Shown here: positions 45,852 to 56,104 of the stretch, in pieces | How positions within the stretch are numbered: the first letter of the stretch is position 1 | Layout: each line of letters starts with the position of its first letter | Source of the DNA: Candidatus Fermentibacterota bacterium | GTDB lineage: Bacteria > Fermentibacterota > Fermentibacteria > Fermentibacterales > JCC-6 | Length of the DNA stretch: 64,000 nucleotides | Assembly (NCBI GenBank): GCA_963845085.1 | Contig: CAWJQI010000005.1 | Location: forward strand, 160,001 to 224,000 | Direction of reading: 5' to 3' | Translations under genes and position numbers: made by a program | Notes under the pieces: generated by a model | Told to the model about the DNA's origin: nothing | The model's input: only the letters and a program-made list of their open reading frames with translations | The model's database searches: none

Positions 45852-46750
45852 CAGATCTCCGTCATTCTTTCCAGTGCACGGCGGGCGGGTTCCATCTGCT
45901 CCTCCGGGATCAGGATGCCCCGGTCGTCCGACTCGAGAGCATCGATGACCATCGCAAGCGTCGAGTTTCGCATGTCCGGGCATGTGATGCCGCCTGCAGC
46001 CATGAACTCCCGATCGGGGAAAAGCGATGTAAGCCGGTGAACCATTCCCTCCTCGGTGCCGATAATGAATCTGCGCAATGGCGAGCCGGCCACAAAACTG
46101 ATCATCCCCCCCGTTCCCAGAACCTGGTCTGCCTCGCGCCAGAAAACGGGAGGCGTTTCGGGATGAACGAGAACAGCAGCATCGGGCCACTGCGCCCGGG
46201 CACGCCTGAGGTCCCTTATGTCGGCGCCTGCGTGGGCGTGGCATCCGCCGGGCCAGGGAACCACGTTGCGACCGGAATGCAGTGCCGCAAACGCAGCAAG
46301 ATTCCTGTCCGGACCAAACAGCACATCCCCAGCGGGAGCCGCCTTGACCACCGCCACAGCGTTTGCGCTCGTGCAGCATGCCCAGCTCTCGGCCTTCACC
46401 GCAACGGAGGAGTTCACATAGGTGACCAGCGCCGCTCCGGGATAACCCGCCTTCCAGTCCCGCGCGTCGTCCGCGTTCATGCATGCCGCGAGGGAGCAGT
46501 CCGCACCCGGTGCGACAAGCCTGACCACACTGTGCGGTGAGAGTATTTTGGCGGTTTCCGCCATGAACCGGACACCGCAGAATATGATAAGTTCAGCCTT
46601 TGAATTTCTTGCGAAGCGAGACAGCTCGAGGCTGTCACCGACCTGGTCTGCAATGTCCTGAATCGCCGGGGGCTGGTAGCTGTGCGCGAGCACGACTGCG
46701 CCGGTCATTCTTTTCAACCCCTCGATCTTCCGGTTCTCGTGATTCATCAC
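45851..46750 (-). CDS. nadA: Quinolinate synthase
   Basis: AHSYQ, GDSLEL, CGVRFMAE, three Fe-S cysteines (DCSLA, GCHAH, TCPDM), YVNSS, HPE. Confidence 0.95.
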   Translation of the reverse strand: MMNHENRKIEGLKRMTGAVVLAHSYQPPAIQDIADQVGDSLELSRFARNSKAELIIFCGVRFMAETAKILSPHSVVRLVAPGADCSLAACMNADDARDWKAGYPGAALVTYVNSSVAVKAESWACCTSANAVAVVKAAPAGDVLFGPDRNLAAFAALHSGRNVVPWPGGCHAHAGADIRDLRRARAQWPDAAVLVHPETPPVFWREADQVLGTGGMISFVAGSPLRRFIIGTEEGMVHRLTSLFPDREFMAAGGITCPDMRNSTLAMVIDALESDDRGILIPEEQMEPARRALERMTEI

Positions 46751-47715
46751 CCCTCCGTCCGCATGATGACCCCTGCACCTGCGACTTTGGAACCCATGTA
46801 GAAAGCGGCGGTCTGCCCTGGAGCCACGGCCTTCTGCGGAGTTTCAAACTCAACCGAATACCCCTCCGCAACCGGTCTGACGACCGAGTGAACAGCCCTG
46901 TGCCTTGAGCGGACCTGAACCATTGCCTCAAACCGCCCGTCCGCCGGAAGGCAAAGATCGTTGACCCCGGCCACCATGCAGCGAGTCGAACGCAGGTGTT
47001 CTGCAGTGCCGACCACAACGCGGTTGACAGAGGGTTCAAGGCGCACCACGTACATCCTGGCGCCGTGCGCACCGATCCCCTTCCGCTGTCCGATCGTGAA
47101 ACCACCGAGCCCCTGGTGCCTGCCGACTGCCTCCCCCTCGACGGTGACAACATCGCCAGGCTCGCCGAGCCGCTTCAGGCTGGCGCACAGGTCCTGGCTT
47201 TCCCTTGAAAGGAAGGGAAGGCCGGCTTGGGAAACCATTGCCCTCACCTCTGTCTTGCACAGCCTTCCAAGCGGAAAGGAGCATCGGGACAGGATTCGAA
47301 TCGGCACCATCGAGAGGAAGTAGCTCTGATCCTTGAGCGGATCGGCGCCCCTGCTGAGGCAGGAATCTGCAATGTTCGCGTAGTGGCCCGTAACCAGATC
47401 CTCATCCCGACCGAGAATCGAGAAGGCGAGCGCAAGCTTCACCCGGGCGTTGCACAGGATGCACGGATTTGGTGTAAGCCCCTTCCCGTAGGCAACCTCC
47501 GAGCTTTGCAGGACCGTCTCCCTGAAGGCTTTGCGGGCATCCTCAACAAGGATGGGAACACCCAGCCGTTCCGCCGCCTCAACGGCTTCCCGGGGAGGGC
47601 CGTCGCCCCTCATGTCGATGAACAGGGCCCTTGCCGAACCGTGTGACCGCAGGCTCAGCAGCATGGCGGCCGTGGAATCCACACCCCCCGACAGACAGAC
47701 CAGCGCATCACGCAC
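46747..47715 (-). CDS. mnmA: tRNA 2-thiouridylase
   Basis: SGGVDS, TPNPCILCN, TGHYA, KDQSYFL, ESQDLC, TIGQRKG, APGQ. Confidence 0.93.
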   Translation of the reverse strand: MRDALVCLSGGVDSTAAMLLSLRSHGSARALFIDMRGDGPPREAVEAAERLGVPILVEDARKAFRETVLQSSEVAYGKGLTPNPCILCNARVKLALAFSILGRDEDLVTGHYANIADSCLSRGADPLKDQSYFLSMVPIRILSRCSFPLGRLCKTEVRAMVSQAGLPFLSRESQDLCASLKRLGEPGDVVTVEGEAVGRHQGLGGFTIGQRKGIGAHGARMYVVRLEPSVNRVVVGTAEHLRSTRCMVAGVNDLCLPADGRFEAMVQVRSRHRAVHSVVRPVAEGYSVEFETPQKAVAPGQTAAFYMGSKVAGAGVIMRTEG

Positions 47716-48925
47716 CGAATTTTTCCAGCCTTCCCGCCGATGCAAGCATCAGGGGCAGAAGGTCGAGCGAGTTGATTGTTCCCAGGGAGCCCGCAGCCGC
47801 CTGCCGCTCGGAAAAGCAGTCGCTCCAGCCGACTCGCTGGCTTCCGCCGTAAAGCAGCAGGGGAACAGGGTGCCAGCTGTGCTGCTTCATGGGGCAGGGG
47901 GTGCAGTGGTCGCCAGTGACCGCTATAACGTCGAACCCGGCTGCCATGAAGCCGGGAAGGGCCATGTCGAAATCCTCGACAGCAGCGATCTTCCTTTTCC
48001 AGTCGCCGTCCTCGCCCGCGCTGTCGGTGTACTTGTGATGCAGGAAAACGAAATCGTACCCATGGGCCATGGCTTCCGAAACGGCTCTGACCTGTCCGGA
48101 GAGGTCCGCGGGGCTCGATTCGAGAACCGTCATCCCAAGAAGTGAGGCCAGCCCCCTGTACATCGGGTAAATCGCCACGGCCGCAGGTCTGAGTTTGAAT
48201 GTGGCGCCGAAGGCGGGATAGCTTCGGTTGACAGCGATCCCCCTCAGAAGCAAGCCGTTCGCCCGGGGCTCGTCATTGAGAAGCTCCTGCGAGCGCCGGA
48301 TGAACTCGGAAACGACCCCGGCGCTGCGCAGGCATTCATCGGAAGGAGAAACCATGGGCAGGGGTTTCAGCCCGACCGAACCGGGGTCGGTGTCGGGCAG
48401 CCCGTCATGAAACCCTTCGCCCCTGAAGACAACACAGGCGCGATGCTCCTTGACCGGCCTGACAAGCACCTCGACCCCCGGTATCCGGATGGAGTCAAGG
48501 ATGCCGGCCAGACGGGCGCACTCCCCGGAGGATATCCTGCCCGCCCTGCGGTCGGTGATCACTCCGTCACGGTCGAGGGTGCAGAAGTTGATCCGTGCCG
48601 CAAGGTCGCCCTTCTGAAGCGGGAAGCCGATCCCCAGAACCTCCAGCACGCCCCGGCCTATCAGGTTGTCGACAGGGTCGAACCCGAACAGGGCCATGTG
48701 GGCCGGACCGCTTCCGGGAGTGATGCCCTGGGCGACCGGAATGTGCTGACCCAGTGCGCTCCGCTGTGCAAGCAAGTCGAGATTCGGCGTGGCCGCTGCC
48801 TCAAGCGGTGTTCTCCCGTCGAGCTCGGGCACGCTCACATCCCCGAGACCGTCAAGCACGGAAAGGAGCATCCTGCCCCCTCTTGGAACGGAGAGGCTGG
48901 CTGCCAGTTCCACCGACCTGCTCAT
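47708..48925 (-). CDS. apgM: 2,3-BPG-independent phosphoglycerate mutase (ApgM type)
   Basis: LDGLGD, TPLEAA.TPNLD, PGSGPAH, GRG.LE.LG, DRRAGRI, TDSAGEDG, TGDH.TP, HSWHPVP. Confidence 0.92.
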   Translation of the reverse strand: MSRSVELAASLSVPRGGRMLLSVLDGLGDVSVPELDGRTPLEAAATPNLDLLAQRSALGQHIPVAQGITPGSGPAHMALFGFDPVDNLIGRGVLEVLGIGFPLQKGDLAARINFCTLDRDGVITDRRAGRISSGECARLAGILDSIRIPGVEVLVRPVKEHRACVVFRGEGFHDGLPDTDPGSVGLKPLPMVSPSDECLRSAGVVSEFIRRSQELLNDEPRANGLLLRGIAVNRSYPAFGATFKLRPAAVAIYPMYRGLASLLGMTVLESSPADLSGQVRAVSEAMAHGYDFVFLHHKYTDSAGEDGDWKRKIAAVEDFDMALPGFMAAGFDVIAVTGDHCTPCPMKQHSWHPVPLLLYGGSQRVGWSDCFSERQAAAGSLGTINSLDLLPLMLASAGRLEKFGA

Positions 48926-49959
48926 GCCGTAACCTCCTTGAACGCCACACCGTTGCCCGGGACTATCTCCCCGGCCATGAAGGGCTTTTCACCCTGCTCC
49001 CGTAGAATTTCCATCACCGTGAGCGGTTCCGGCGTTACCATAAGGAATCCCGCCCCCATGTTGAAGGCAAGACGCATTTCGGTGGTGGCGATTCGTCCGA
49101 CACGGGCAATGAGCCCGAAGATCGGGGGTTCGGGCCAGTGTGCGTTGATCACCGCTCCAAGCCCTTCCGGAAGTATCCTCACCAGGTTGCCCGGGATACC
49201 CCCCCCGGTGATGTGTGCCATTCCGGACAGGAGCCTTCGGGACAGAAGGGGCAGAACGGGATCGAGGTAGCTCCTGTGAACCGCGAGCAGGGCTTCCCCA
49301 ACAGTGGCGCCCCGCAGCTCCCGGGGGGCGGATTCGAGCGAGAACCCCCCGACCTCGAGAAGAACCTTCCTTGCCAGGGAGAAGCCATTGGTGTGAAGAC
49401 CTGTCGACGGGAGACCGACTACGCCGTGTCCAGCCCTGACAGCGCTGCCGTCGACAATGTTCTCCCTCTCCACGATGCCCACGATCGTGCCGGCAACGTC
49501 GTAATCACCCGGGCTGTAGAAGCCGGGCATTTCCGCAGTCTCACCACCGAGGAGCGCACAGCCGTTCTTCCTGCAGGCCCTTGCCATGCCGGTGACTATC
49601 CCGGCTGCGACAGGTGCCGAGAGCGCTCCGCAGGCGATGTAGTCAAGAAAGAACAGGGGGGACGCCCCCTGCACAAGGATATCGTTGACACAGTGGTTGA
49701 CGAGATCGGCCCCGACCGTTGAGTAATCTCCCAGCATCGAGGCGACCCTGAGCTTCGTTCCAACCCCGTCGGTGCTGGCAACGAGAACGGGGCTTTTCAT
49801 GGCGGGGAAATCGGCCCTGAAAAGACCTCCGAAATGACCAAGATCGGAAAGGACCCTGTCATTGAAGGTTTTTTTGACTTCATCCTTCATCAGGGCCACT
49901 GCCCTGTTCCCCTCCTCGATGTCAACACCGCTCTTCCTGTAGTCGAGGGGAGCCATCAT
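48922..49959 (-). CDS. purM: Phosphoribosylformylglycinamidine cyclo-ligase
   Basis: YRKSGVDI, STDGVGTK, HCVND, PLFFLDY, GGETAEMP, GLHTNGFSL, HITGGG, FNMG.G. Confidence 0.96.
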   Translation of the reverse strand: MMAPLDYRKSGVDIEEGNRAVALMKDEVKKTFNDRVLSDLGHFGGLFRADFPAMKSPVLVASTDGVGTKLRVASMLGDYSTVGADLVNHCVNDILVQGASPLFFLDYIACGALSAPVAAGIVTGMARACRKNGCALLGGETAEMPGFYSPGDYDVAGTIVGIVERENIVDGSAVRAGHGVVGLPSTGLHTNGFSLARKVLLEVGGFSLESAPRELRGATVGEALLAVHRSYLDPVLPLLSRRLLSGMAHITGGGIPGNLVRILPEGLGAVINAHWPEPPIFGLIARVGRIATTEMRLAFNMGAGFLMVTPEPLTVMEILREQGEKPFMAGEIVPGNGVAFKEVTA

Positions 49960-50870
49960 TCGATCCTGTCCAGCTGGTTTGTCGAAAGATAGTAGGACAG
50001 CCTTCGGGATATGGCGTCTGAGTCGATCCCCCGCAATCCGTCCACCCCGAATCCCTCTATCGCGAAGCTTGCCGTGACCGAACCGTAGCAGAGGGCCCTG
50101 GTGATGTTCGTAAGGGTGAGTTCCCCATCCGAACCGGAGAGGCATCCAAGCATCCCGGCAGCGAAGCTGTCGCCCGCACCCGTCGGATCAATGACCTTTT
50201 CCACAGGCACTGCGGGCATTATGAAGGGGGCCTTCCCGCCAAGGACCATGGCGCCCTGTGCACCCATCTTCACGACGACGAAACGGGGTCCCGCCTCGAG
50301 GATGAAGCGCCCCGCCTCGAAGAGGTTGCGCGAACCCGATATCTGCCTCGCCTCGGAGGCGTTCACGAACACCATGTCCACACGGCTGATGGCTTCGAGC
50401 ACCAGTTCTTTCCTTCTGTCGATCCACAGGTTCATCGTGTCCAGTGCGACCCACCGGGGAGAGACCATCTGGTCCATCACACGGAGCTGCAGTTCGGGGT
50501 CGATGTTGGCGAGAAAGACGCAGGGGGTCTCCCGATAGGATTCGGGAAGCTTCGGCTCGAACCCCGCAAAGACGCCGAGTTCGGTTCTCAGCGTCTGGGC
50601 ATCGCCAAAGTCCGGACCGTACACCCCCTCCCAGCGGAAGGTGGGACCCTGGCCGGTCACAAGCCCCTCAAGATCAATATTCCTTGAAGCGAGGAAATCC
50701 ATTTCCCTCCTGGGGAAATCGGGACCGACCACCCCGACGACCCTCACCGAGTCGAGGGAACAGGCAGCGAGGCCGAAATAGACAGCAGATCCGCCGAGAG
50801 CATCCTCGACCTTCCCCGCAGGCGTGGTAAGGGTGTCAAGGGCTACGGAACCCACAACAAGAATCGACAT
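49956..50870 (-). CDS. PfkB-family sugar/nucleoside kinase
   Basis: VGSVALD, GGSA.Y, LANIDP, DTMNLW, DPTGAGDSFA. Confidence 0.92.
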   Translation of the reverse strand: MSILVVGSVALDTLTTPAGKVEDALGGSAVYFGLAACSLDSVRVVGVVGPDFPRREMDFLASRNIDLEGLVTGQGPTFRWEGVYGPDFGDAQTLRTELGVFAGFEPKLPESYRETPCVFLANIDPELQLRVMDQMVSPRWVALDTMNLWIDRRKELVLEAISRVDMVFVNASEARQISGSRNLFEAGRFILEAGPRFVVVKMGAQGAMVLGGKAPFIMPAVPVEKVIDPTGAGDSFAAGMLGCLSGSDGELTLTNITRALCYGSVTASFAIEGFGVDGLRGIDSDAISRRLSYYLSTNQLDRIE

Positions 50871-50879
50871 TGAGCACCT

Positions 50880-52544
50880 CTACATTCTTTCCGGGGCGGA
50901 CACGCCCAGCACCTCCAGAAGGCCCTTCAGTCCCTCCCTGCACGCCAGGCACAGAAGCATCCGGGCCCGTGTGAGGGGGACATTGCCCTCATCCATTACT
51001 TTGTGATGTGAATAAAACCCGTGGAATGCCGTGGCGAGTTCCGAAGCGGTTTCGGTTATCCGGTGGGGCGACAGTTCAGCGGCGGCCTCGGCCACTCTGA
51101 CCGGCAGGGCTTCGAGAAGCCGGAGCAACTCCCGCTCCCTTGGAGCGCAGAGCAGGGTCCCGGCCTCGGCGGCATCGGTATCACGGAACCTGTCACCTGT
51201 CATTCGAAGAATCCCTGCAATCCTTGCGAAAGCATACTGTATGTAGTAGACAGGGTTGTCTTCGGAATCCCTCCGGGCCGCCTCGATGTCGAAATCCATG
51301 TGGGCCTCGGCACGCCTGGTAAGGAAAAGGTAACGCGTCACGTCGGGACTGCCGACCTCGGTCACCAGGTCCCTCAGAGTCACGAACTCGCCGGACCGCG
51401 TTGACATCTTGACGGTCTCGCCACCCCTTGAAAGGGTGACGAACTGGTGGATGACGGTGCGGAGCCTTCGTTTGACCTCCGCCTCGCCCAGGAGTACCGA
51501 AACAGCCGCCTCGACATCCCGGCAGGTATCGATGTGATCGCTGCCGAACACGTCAACCAATAGGTCGAACCCCCGTGAGAACTTGTCAAGATGATATGCG
51601 ATGTCGGGCATCCGGTAGGTATAACCGCCCTCCGCCCTGCGCACGACCCTGTCCTCGGGACGTCCGAGTGATGTCAGTTTCAACCAGACCTTGCCCGATC
51701 CGTCAGGGTCGGTGAATGCGACACCCGCTTCTTCCAGCCTTGCCAGGGCCCTTTCCACGGCATCGGGAATCAGCTCGCTCTCGGCAAAGTACCGGTCAAA
51801 CCTGATGTCAAGGAGTGCAAGGTCGTCTCTGATGAGGTCGAAGGCATTCTTCACGGCGACAGCCCTGAAACGATCACGGTCTCCCGGCCAGCCAAGAGTC
51901 GGCTCGCACTGCAGCAGTTCCCTTGCCCAATCCTGAATGTAACCGCCCCGGTAGCCGCCTTCGGGAACCGGCATGTCGCCCCCCCGAAGCTGGTCATAGC
52001 GGGCGGCGAGGGACTCGGCAAGCCTGTCCATCTGTCTGCCGGCATCGTTGAAGTAGTACTCGCGTGAGACCGTCCACCCCACTGCTGTCAAAAGGCGGCT
52101 GATGGCCTCGCCGAGAACGGCCTGCCTGCAATGGCCCACAGTCAGCGGGCCGGTGGGGTTCGAACTGACGAACTCCACAAGGGCTGTTCCACGCGGTTCC
52201 CCCTCGCGGAGCATTCCGGAGAGGCCCTCGAGGGCAAGCCTTGACGCGACTGACGCAAGGTATCCGCTGTCAAGCCTGATATTGACAAACCCGGGGCCAT
52301 CCACGCTGACCGTTGAGATAAATGGAAGCCCTGAAATGCCTTCCCTCATCACCGAGGCGATTTTAGCAGGCGAAAGTCTGAGTGTTTTTGCCAGCCCCAT
52401 GGCCGAATTGCAGGCAAGGTCTCCGAACGCCTGTTCACCCGACTCGACGATCTGAAGCGGTGCGTCGGGACAGCCCAGTTCCCGCGACAGGGCGTCCTGC
52501 ATCCCCCGGGATATTCTACTCCTGGTTGAGAACGGGGAATTCAT
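50880..52544 (-). CDS. argS: Arginine--tRNA ligase
   Basis: EFVSSNPTGPLTVGH, EYYFNDAG, DIAYH, G.DH, KMSTR.G, NPVYYIQYA.AR, APERM. Confidence 0.96.
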   Translation of the reverse strand: MNSPFSTRSRISRGMQDALSRELGCPDAPLQIVESGEQAFGDLACNSAMGLAKTLRLSPAKIASVMREGISGLPFISTVSVDGPGFVNIRLDSGYLASVASRLALEGLSGMLREGEPRGTALVEFVSSNPTGPLTVGHCRQAVLGEAISRLLTAVGWTVSREYYFNDAGRQMDRLAESLAARYDQLRGGDMPVPEGGYRGGYIQDWARELLQCEPTLGWPGDRDRFRAVAVKNAFDLIRDDLALLDIRFDRYFAESELIPDAVERALARLEEAGVAFTDPDGSGKVWLKLTSLGRPEDRVVRRAEGGYTYRMPDIAYHLDKFSRGFDLLVDVFGSDHIDTCRDVEAAVSVLLGEAEVKRRLRTVIHQFVTLSRGGETVKMSTRSGEFVTLRDLVTEVGSPDVTRYLFLTRRAEAHMDFDIEAARRDSEDNPVYYIQYAFARIAGILRMTGDRFRDTDAAEAGTLLCAPRERELLRLLEALPVRVAEAAAELSPHRITETASELATAFHGFYSHHKVMDEGNVPLTRARMLLCLACREGLKGLLEVLGVSAPERM

Positions 52545-52917
52545 CTCCCGCCGCCGTCCCGGTGTCCTCATAGTCTTTGCCTGGTGCATCGCTCCACAGA
52601 GTTTCGAGGGAATAGTAAGCCCTCGTCTCGGGAAGAAAGACATGAACGACGAAATCGACGAAATCCAGAAGGATCCAGCTGCCCTCGTCGTAACCCTCGC
52701 AGTGATGAAGCTTTCTTCCCAGCCTTCTCGCTTCCCTCTCAACATGGTCCGCGATGGACCTGGCCTGGATCCTGGTATCGGCTGTGGCAAGGACGAACAC
52801 GTCCATTGTCAGGGGAAACTCGGACATGTCCATTGCCCTCACTCCATGGCCGTGGCGCTGATGTATGGCTTCCACCACGGTCTGGAGGATGTCAGGGCTT
52901 TCGGTTTGCTCCGTCAA
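52516..52917 (-). CDS. rsfS: Ribosome silencing factor
   Basis: FVLAT, Q.RSIAD, EG...WILLDF.DFVVHVF...R.YY.LE.LW. GGAGG plus TTG start at 52917. Confidence 0.92.
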   Translation of the reverse strand: MTEQTESPDILQTVVEAIHQRHGHGVRAMDMSEFPLTMDVFVLATADTRIQARSIADHVEREARRLGRKLHHCEGYDEGSWILLDFVDFVVHVFLPETRAYYSLETLWSDAPGKDYEDTGTAAGDEFPVLNQE

Positions 52918-52930
52918 TCGTTCCTCCGGT

Positions 52931-53446
52931 TCAGTTGGGGGTGACAGGCATGAACGTTCTGTTCGCAAGATCACGCCCGAGGTATATGGAAACATCGACC
53001 TCAGGTGCCCCGTCGCAGGGGAGGCACCAGACAATGCAGCTGTCGGGGATTCCCAGCCTTTCGGCAACGGCAACCGCTGCCGCGGGCCCGGGAACATGTG
53101 AAACGATGACCGTTTCGAGGTAGTCGAGCCTGTCGGCGTTGCCTGCACTCACGGGTGCCATGAAGCACACACCGCCGCTTCTGCCCTCGAGGTGCCGCTG
53201 CACCTCCCTGCCCTTCCCGTTTATGCTCGTTCCGTTGTAGACGATCACACGAACCGTGTCGGGCGAGGGGCCCTCGTAAAGCGGCCGGACCGGAACGACT
53301 GCTGTCGCAGGCGGCGGCGGGGGCTCGGGGCTGTACACTATGGCGAGGGTGACGGCACAGGCGGCGAGGATACCCAGAACAACCTGCCAGATGATACCCG
53401 TGCCTCCTCCTGCCCTGCCTCTGCGAGCGTTTCCCCTGCGGGTCAC
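52931..53446 (-). CDS. LytR C-terminal domain membrane-anchored protein
   Basis: Single TM, Pro-rich linker, VIVYNG...G.G, GNAD, DVSIYLGRD. Confidence 0.85.
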   Translation of the reverse strand: MTRRGNARRGRAGGGTGIIWQVVLGILAACAVTLAIVYSPEPPPPPATAVVPVRPLYEGPSPDTVRVIVYNGTSINGKGREVQRHLEGRSGGVCFMAPVSAGNADRLDYLETVIVSHVPGPAAAVAVAERLGIPDSCIVWCLPCDGAPEVDVSIYLGRDLANRTFMPVTPN

Positions 53447-53934
53447 TTCTCACCCCGAAGCAGTGGAGCAAGCGTTTCCCAGGTCTGTTCAAGCGACTGG
53501 GAAAGCACCCTCACGCCGCCAACCGAACTCATGAAGCTGGTGTCGCCGTTCCAGCGCGGCAGCACATGGATGTGAAGATGCCCTGGCACTCCGGCCCCGG
53601 CTGCACTGCCAAGATTCCATCCGCCGTTGATCCCATGGCAATTCATCACATCTCTAAGAGCGCCTTCGGCCCTGCGCACCAGATCCATCATCTGTGAGAT
53701 CTCGTGGGATGAGGCAGAGGTGAAATCCGGAACATGGCGATACGGAACGATCATCAGGTGCCCGTTTATGTACGGATAGCGGTTCAGCACCGCGAAGCAC
53801 GACTCGCTCCGGGCAAGGACAAGGTTTTCCCGGTCGTTCCCGGACGGGTCGGTCGCCATGGCGCAGAAGATGCACCCGGAAGAGGGGGCTGATGTCACAT
53901 AACCGTACCGCCAGGGCGCCCAGAGGCGTTTCAT
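53443..53934 (-). CDS. HIT-family hydrolase (Ap4A phosphorylase-like)
   Basis: LWAPWR, CIFC, LN.YPY..GH, AGAG...HLHIHVLPRW.GD. Confidence 0.92.
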   Translation of the reverse strand: MKRLWAPWRYGYVTSAPSSGCIFCAMATDPSGNDRENLVLARSESCFAVLNRYPYINGHLMIVPYRHVPDFTSASSHEISQMMDLVRRAEGALRDVMNCHGINGGWNLGSAAGAGVPGHLHIHVLPRWNGDTSFMSSVGGVRVLSQSLEQTWETLAPLLRGEK

Positions 53935-54878
53935 GCACCGCTCCTGACCGAGCCTTCGGGCATCATGCAGTCCACGAAGGCGTTTTCCACAACACAGAAG
54001 TCCATCAGCCTCGCAGTCGAGGTGACGACCGAACTCCCGGAAACCCTGCAGTGCCTTCCGATGAAGGCTCCCGGCTCGACAACGGCGCTGTCTTCGATCC
54101 AGACACCGTCGGGATCGGGAATCGTTACACCCGAGAGCAGGAGCGACTCAACAACCCGGCGCTTCATGGCCCTTGTACACTCGGCCAGATGAAGCGGGTC
54201 GTTCACCCCCCTCACGGACAGCCAGTCCGGGGAGGAGGCGGCCGCCACCCTGCGCCCGGAGGCCAGGGCCACTGTCACCGCGTCGGTGAGATAATACTCC
54301 CCCTGCGCGTTCCCGTTGCCGATCCCGGAGAGAAGCCCGGGGAGGGATGCGGCGTCGAACACCATGATCCCCGTGTTGACCTCGGTGCACGAGAGCTCAG
54401 CCGGAGTGGCGTCACGGTGCTCCACAATTCTTGTCACTGCGCCGTCACCGCTTCTGATGACCCTGCCGTAACCGGCGGGGTTTGGAGGAACCGCTGAAAG
54501 GATAGCCATTGCGGCGCCGGTTTCCCTTCTTGCGGCGAGAAGCGCAGAAATTGTGTCAACACCCAGCAGGGGCACGTCGCCCAGCAGCACGAGCACTTCC
54601 GAAGCACTGCCGAGGAATGGCATGGCGCACTGAAGCGCGTGCGCCGTACCCATCTGGGGCTCCTGCACAACCCACCGCAGTTCTGCGCCTTCAAGTACGG
54701 GCGTCACCAGCTCGCGTCCGTAACCGACAACAACAGTGACCCCGTCGCAACCGGCTTTCACGGCGGTCTCGGCCACCCTGAGGATCATGGGCCGGCCGAG
54801 CACCGGGTGGAGCACTTTCGGCAGGGCTGACTTCATCCTCGTTCCTTTTCCCGCGGCAAGGATTACTGCATGCAGCAT
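53931..54878 (-). CDS. glmU: GlmU-like nucleotidyltransferase, C-terminally truncated
   Basis: LAAGKGTRMKS, PKVLH, Q.GTAHA, GDVPL, GYGRV, EVNTG, EYYLTD, GVND. Only a few hexapeptide coils follow. Confidence 0.8.
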   Translation of the reverse strand: MLHAVILAAGKGTRMKSALPKVLHPVLGRPMILRVAETAVKAGCDGVTVVVGYGRELVTPVLEGAELRWVVQEPQMGTAHALQCAMPFLGSASEVLVLLGDVPLLGVDTISALLAARRETGAAMAILSAVPPNPAGYGRVIRSGDGAVTRIVEHRDATPAELSCTEVNTGIMVFDAASLPGLLSGIGNGNAQGEYYLTDAVTVALASGRRVAAASSPDWLSVRGVNDPLHLAECTRAMKRRVVESLLLSGVTIPDPDGVWIEDSAVVEPGAFIGRHCRVSGSSVVTSTARLMDFCVVENAFVDCMMPEGSVRSGA

Positions 54879-55235
54879 TCAGATCACCCCGGGAAACATG
54901 TTATTCTCGTCGGCCACTACCACAACGGGAGTTGGAGGGTTCTCGCGCTCGGTATCGACCAGGACGTACTGAAGAACGATGACCAGGTCCCCCGGAGCAC
55001 ACAGTCTTGCAGCGGCGCCATTGATGCAGATCGTTCCGCTTCCGGGGGATCCCTCGACAACGTAGGTCTCGAACCTCGCCCCGGTGTTGATGCACGCCAC
55101 CTGCACTCGTTCGCCGGGCATGATCCCGGAGAGATCGAGAAGGTCGCAGTCGATTGTTATCGAACCCACATAGTTGAGGTTTGCTTCGGTCACCTTCATC
55201 CTGTGAAGCTTCGCCCCAAGAAATGTTCTCAGCAT
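54879..55235 (-). CDS. panD: Aspartate 1-decarboxylase
   Basis: AKLHR, YVG-SITID cleavage site, RFETY, INGAAAR. Confidence 0.96.
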   Translation of the reverse strand: MLRTFLGAKLHRMKVTEANLNYVGSITIDCDLLDLSGIMPGERVQVACINTGARFETYVVEGSPGSGTICINGAAARLCAPGDLVIVLQYVLVDTERENPPTPVVVVADENNMFPGVI

Positions 55236-56104
55236 CAGGTCCTCCGTGAAAAATGTGGGGGTTCCAGGTGGATGTTGTCGATCAGCCTCGTTCCACCGGA
55301 ATAAACGGCTGTGATCAGCCTCATGGGGTTTTCAAGGCGGGTGCCAGGCAGAAGGGTTTCGGCGTCAACGGCCTCAAGGTACGAGACTTTCAGAAGGCTG
55401 GCTCCCGAGAGCTCGTTGAAGAAACTCGCCTTGATCTCCCCAATGTCAGATTCGCCCCGGGCGGCAGCCATCGCAGAAGCTCTCAGGCCTCTGTGGATGA
55501 GTGCGGCCTGGCTGCGCTCGTCTTTCGAGAGGTATGCGTTCCTGCTGCTCATCGCAAGGCCGTCAGCCTCCCTCACCGTCGGGCATGCCACTATTTCAAG
55601 GCCCATTCGCAGGTCGCGCGCCATCCTGCGGATGACGACAAGCTGCTGATAGTCCTTCTCGCCGAAAAAGGCGAGGTCAGGCTTCACCATGTTGAAAAGG
55701 ATGCAGCAGACCGTTGTGACCCCCCTGAAATGCCCGGGACGGCTGGCACCGCAAAGACCTGACGTCAGCCCCTCCACGTCGACGTGGGTTGCATAGCCCG
55801 GGGGATAGATCATCGATGCGTCGGGAGCGAAAACGGCATCGGCACCCTCGCTCTGCAAAAGGGAGCAGTCAGCGTCGAGCCTCCGGGGGTACTTCAGCAG
55901 GTCTTCGGAGGGTCCGAACTGGATGGGATTCACAAAGATGGATACGACCACCCGCCGGCATCTCGCCCGGGCTTCGCGAACCAGGCTGAGATGGCCCTCG
56001 TGCAGTGCACCCATCGTGGGAACAAAGCCGATACTGTCGCCCGTTGAGTGCCAATCGTCGGTCAGTCCCGCGATCCGGGCCTCATCGTGCAGAAGTTCCA
56101 TCAT
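55235..56104 (-). CDS. panC: Pantoate--beta-alanine ligase
   Basis: VPTMGALHEGH, FVNPIQF, SRPGHFRGV, FGEKDYQQ, GLAMSSRN, RLIDN. Confidence 0.97.
   Translation of the reverse strand: MMELLHDEARIAGLTDDWHSTGDSIGFVPTMGALHEGHLSLVREARARCRRVVVSIFVNPIQFGPSEDLLKYPRRLDADCSLLQSEGADAVFAPDASMIYPPGYATHVDVEGLTSGLCGASRPGHFRGVTTVCCILFNMVKPDLAFFGEKDYQQLVVIRRMARDLRMGLEIVACPTVREADGLAMSSRNAYLSKDERSQAALIHRGLRASAMAAARGESDIGEIKASFFNELSGASLLKVSYLEAVDAETLLPGTRLENPMRLITAVYSGGTRLIDNIHLEPPHFSRRT

Noticed and set aside
52125..52165. ArgRS TVGH in place of HIGH
   Set aside because: A variant I recall from other bacterial ArgRS proteins. All other motifs are intact.
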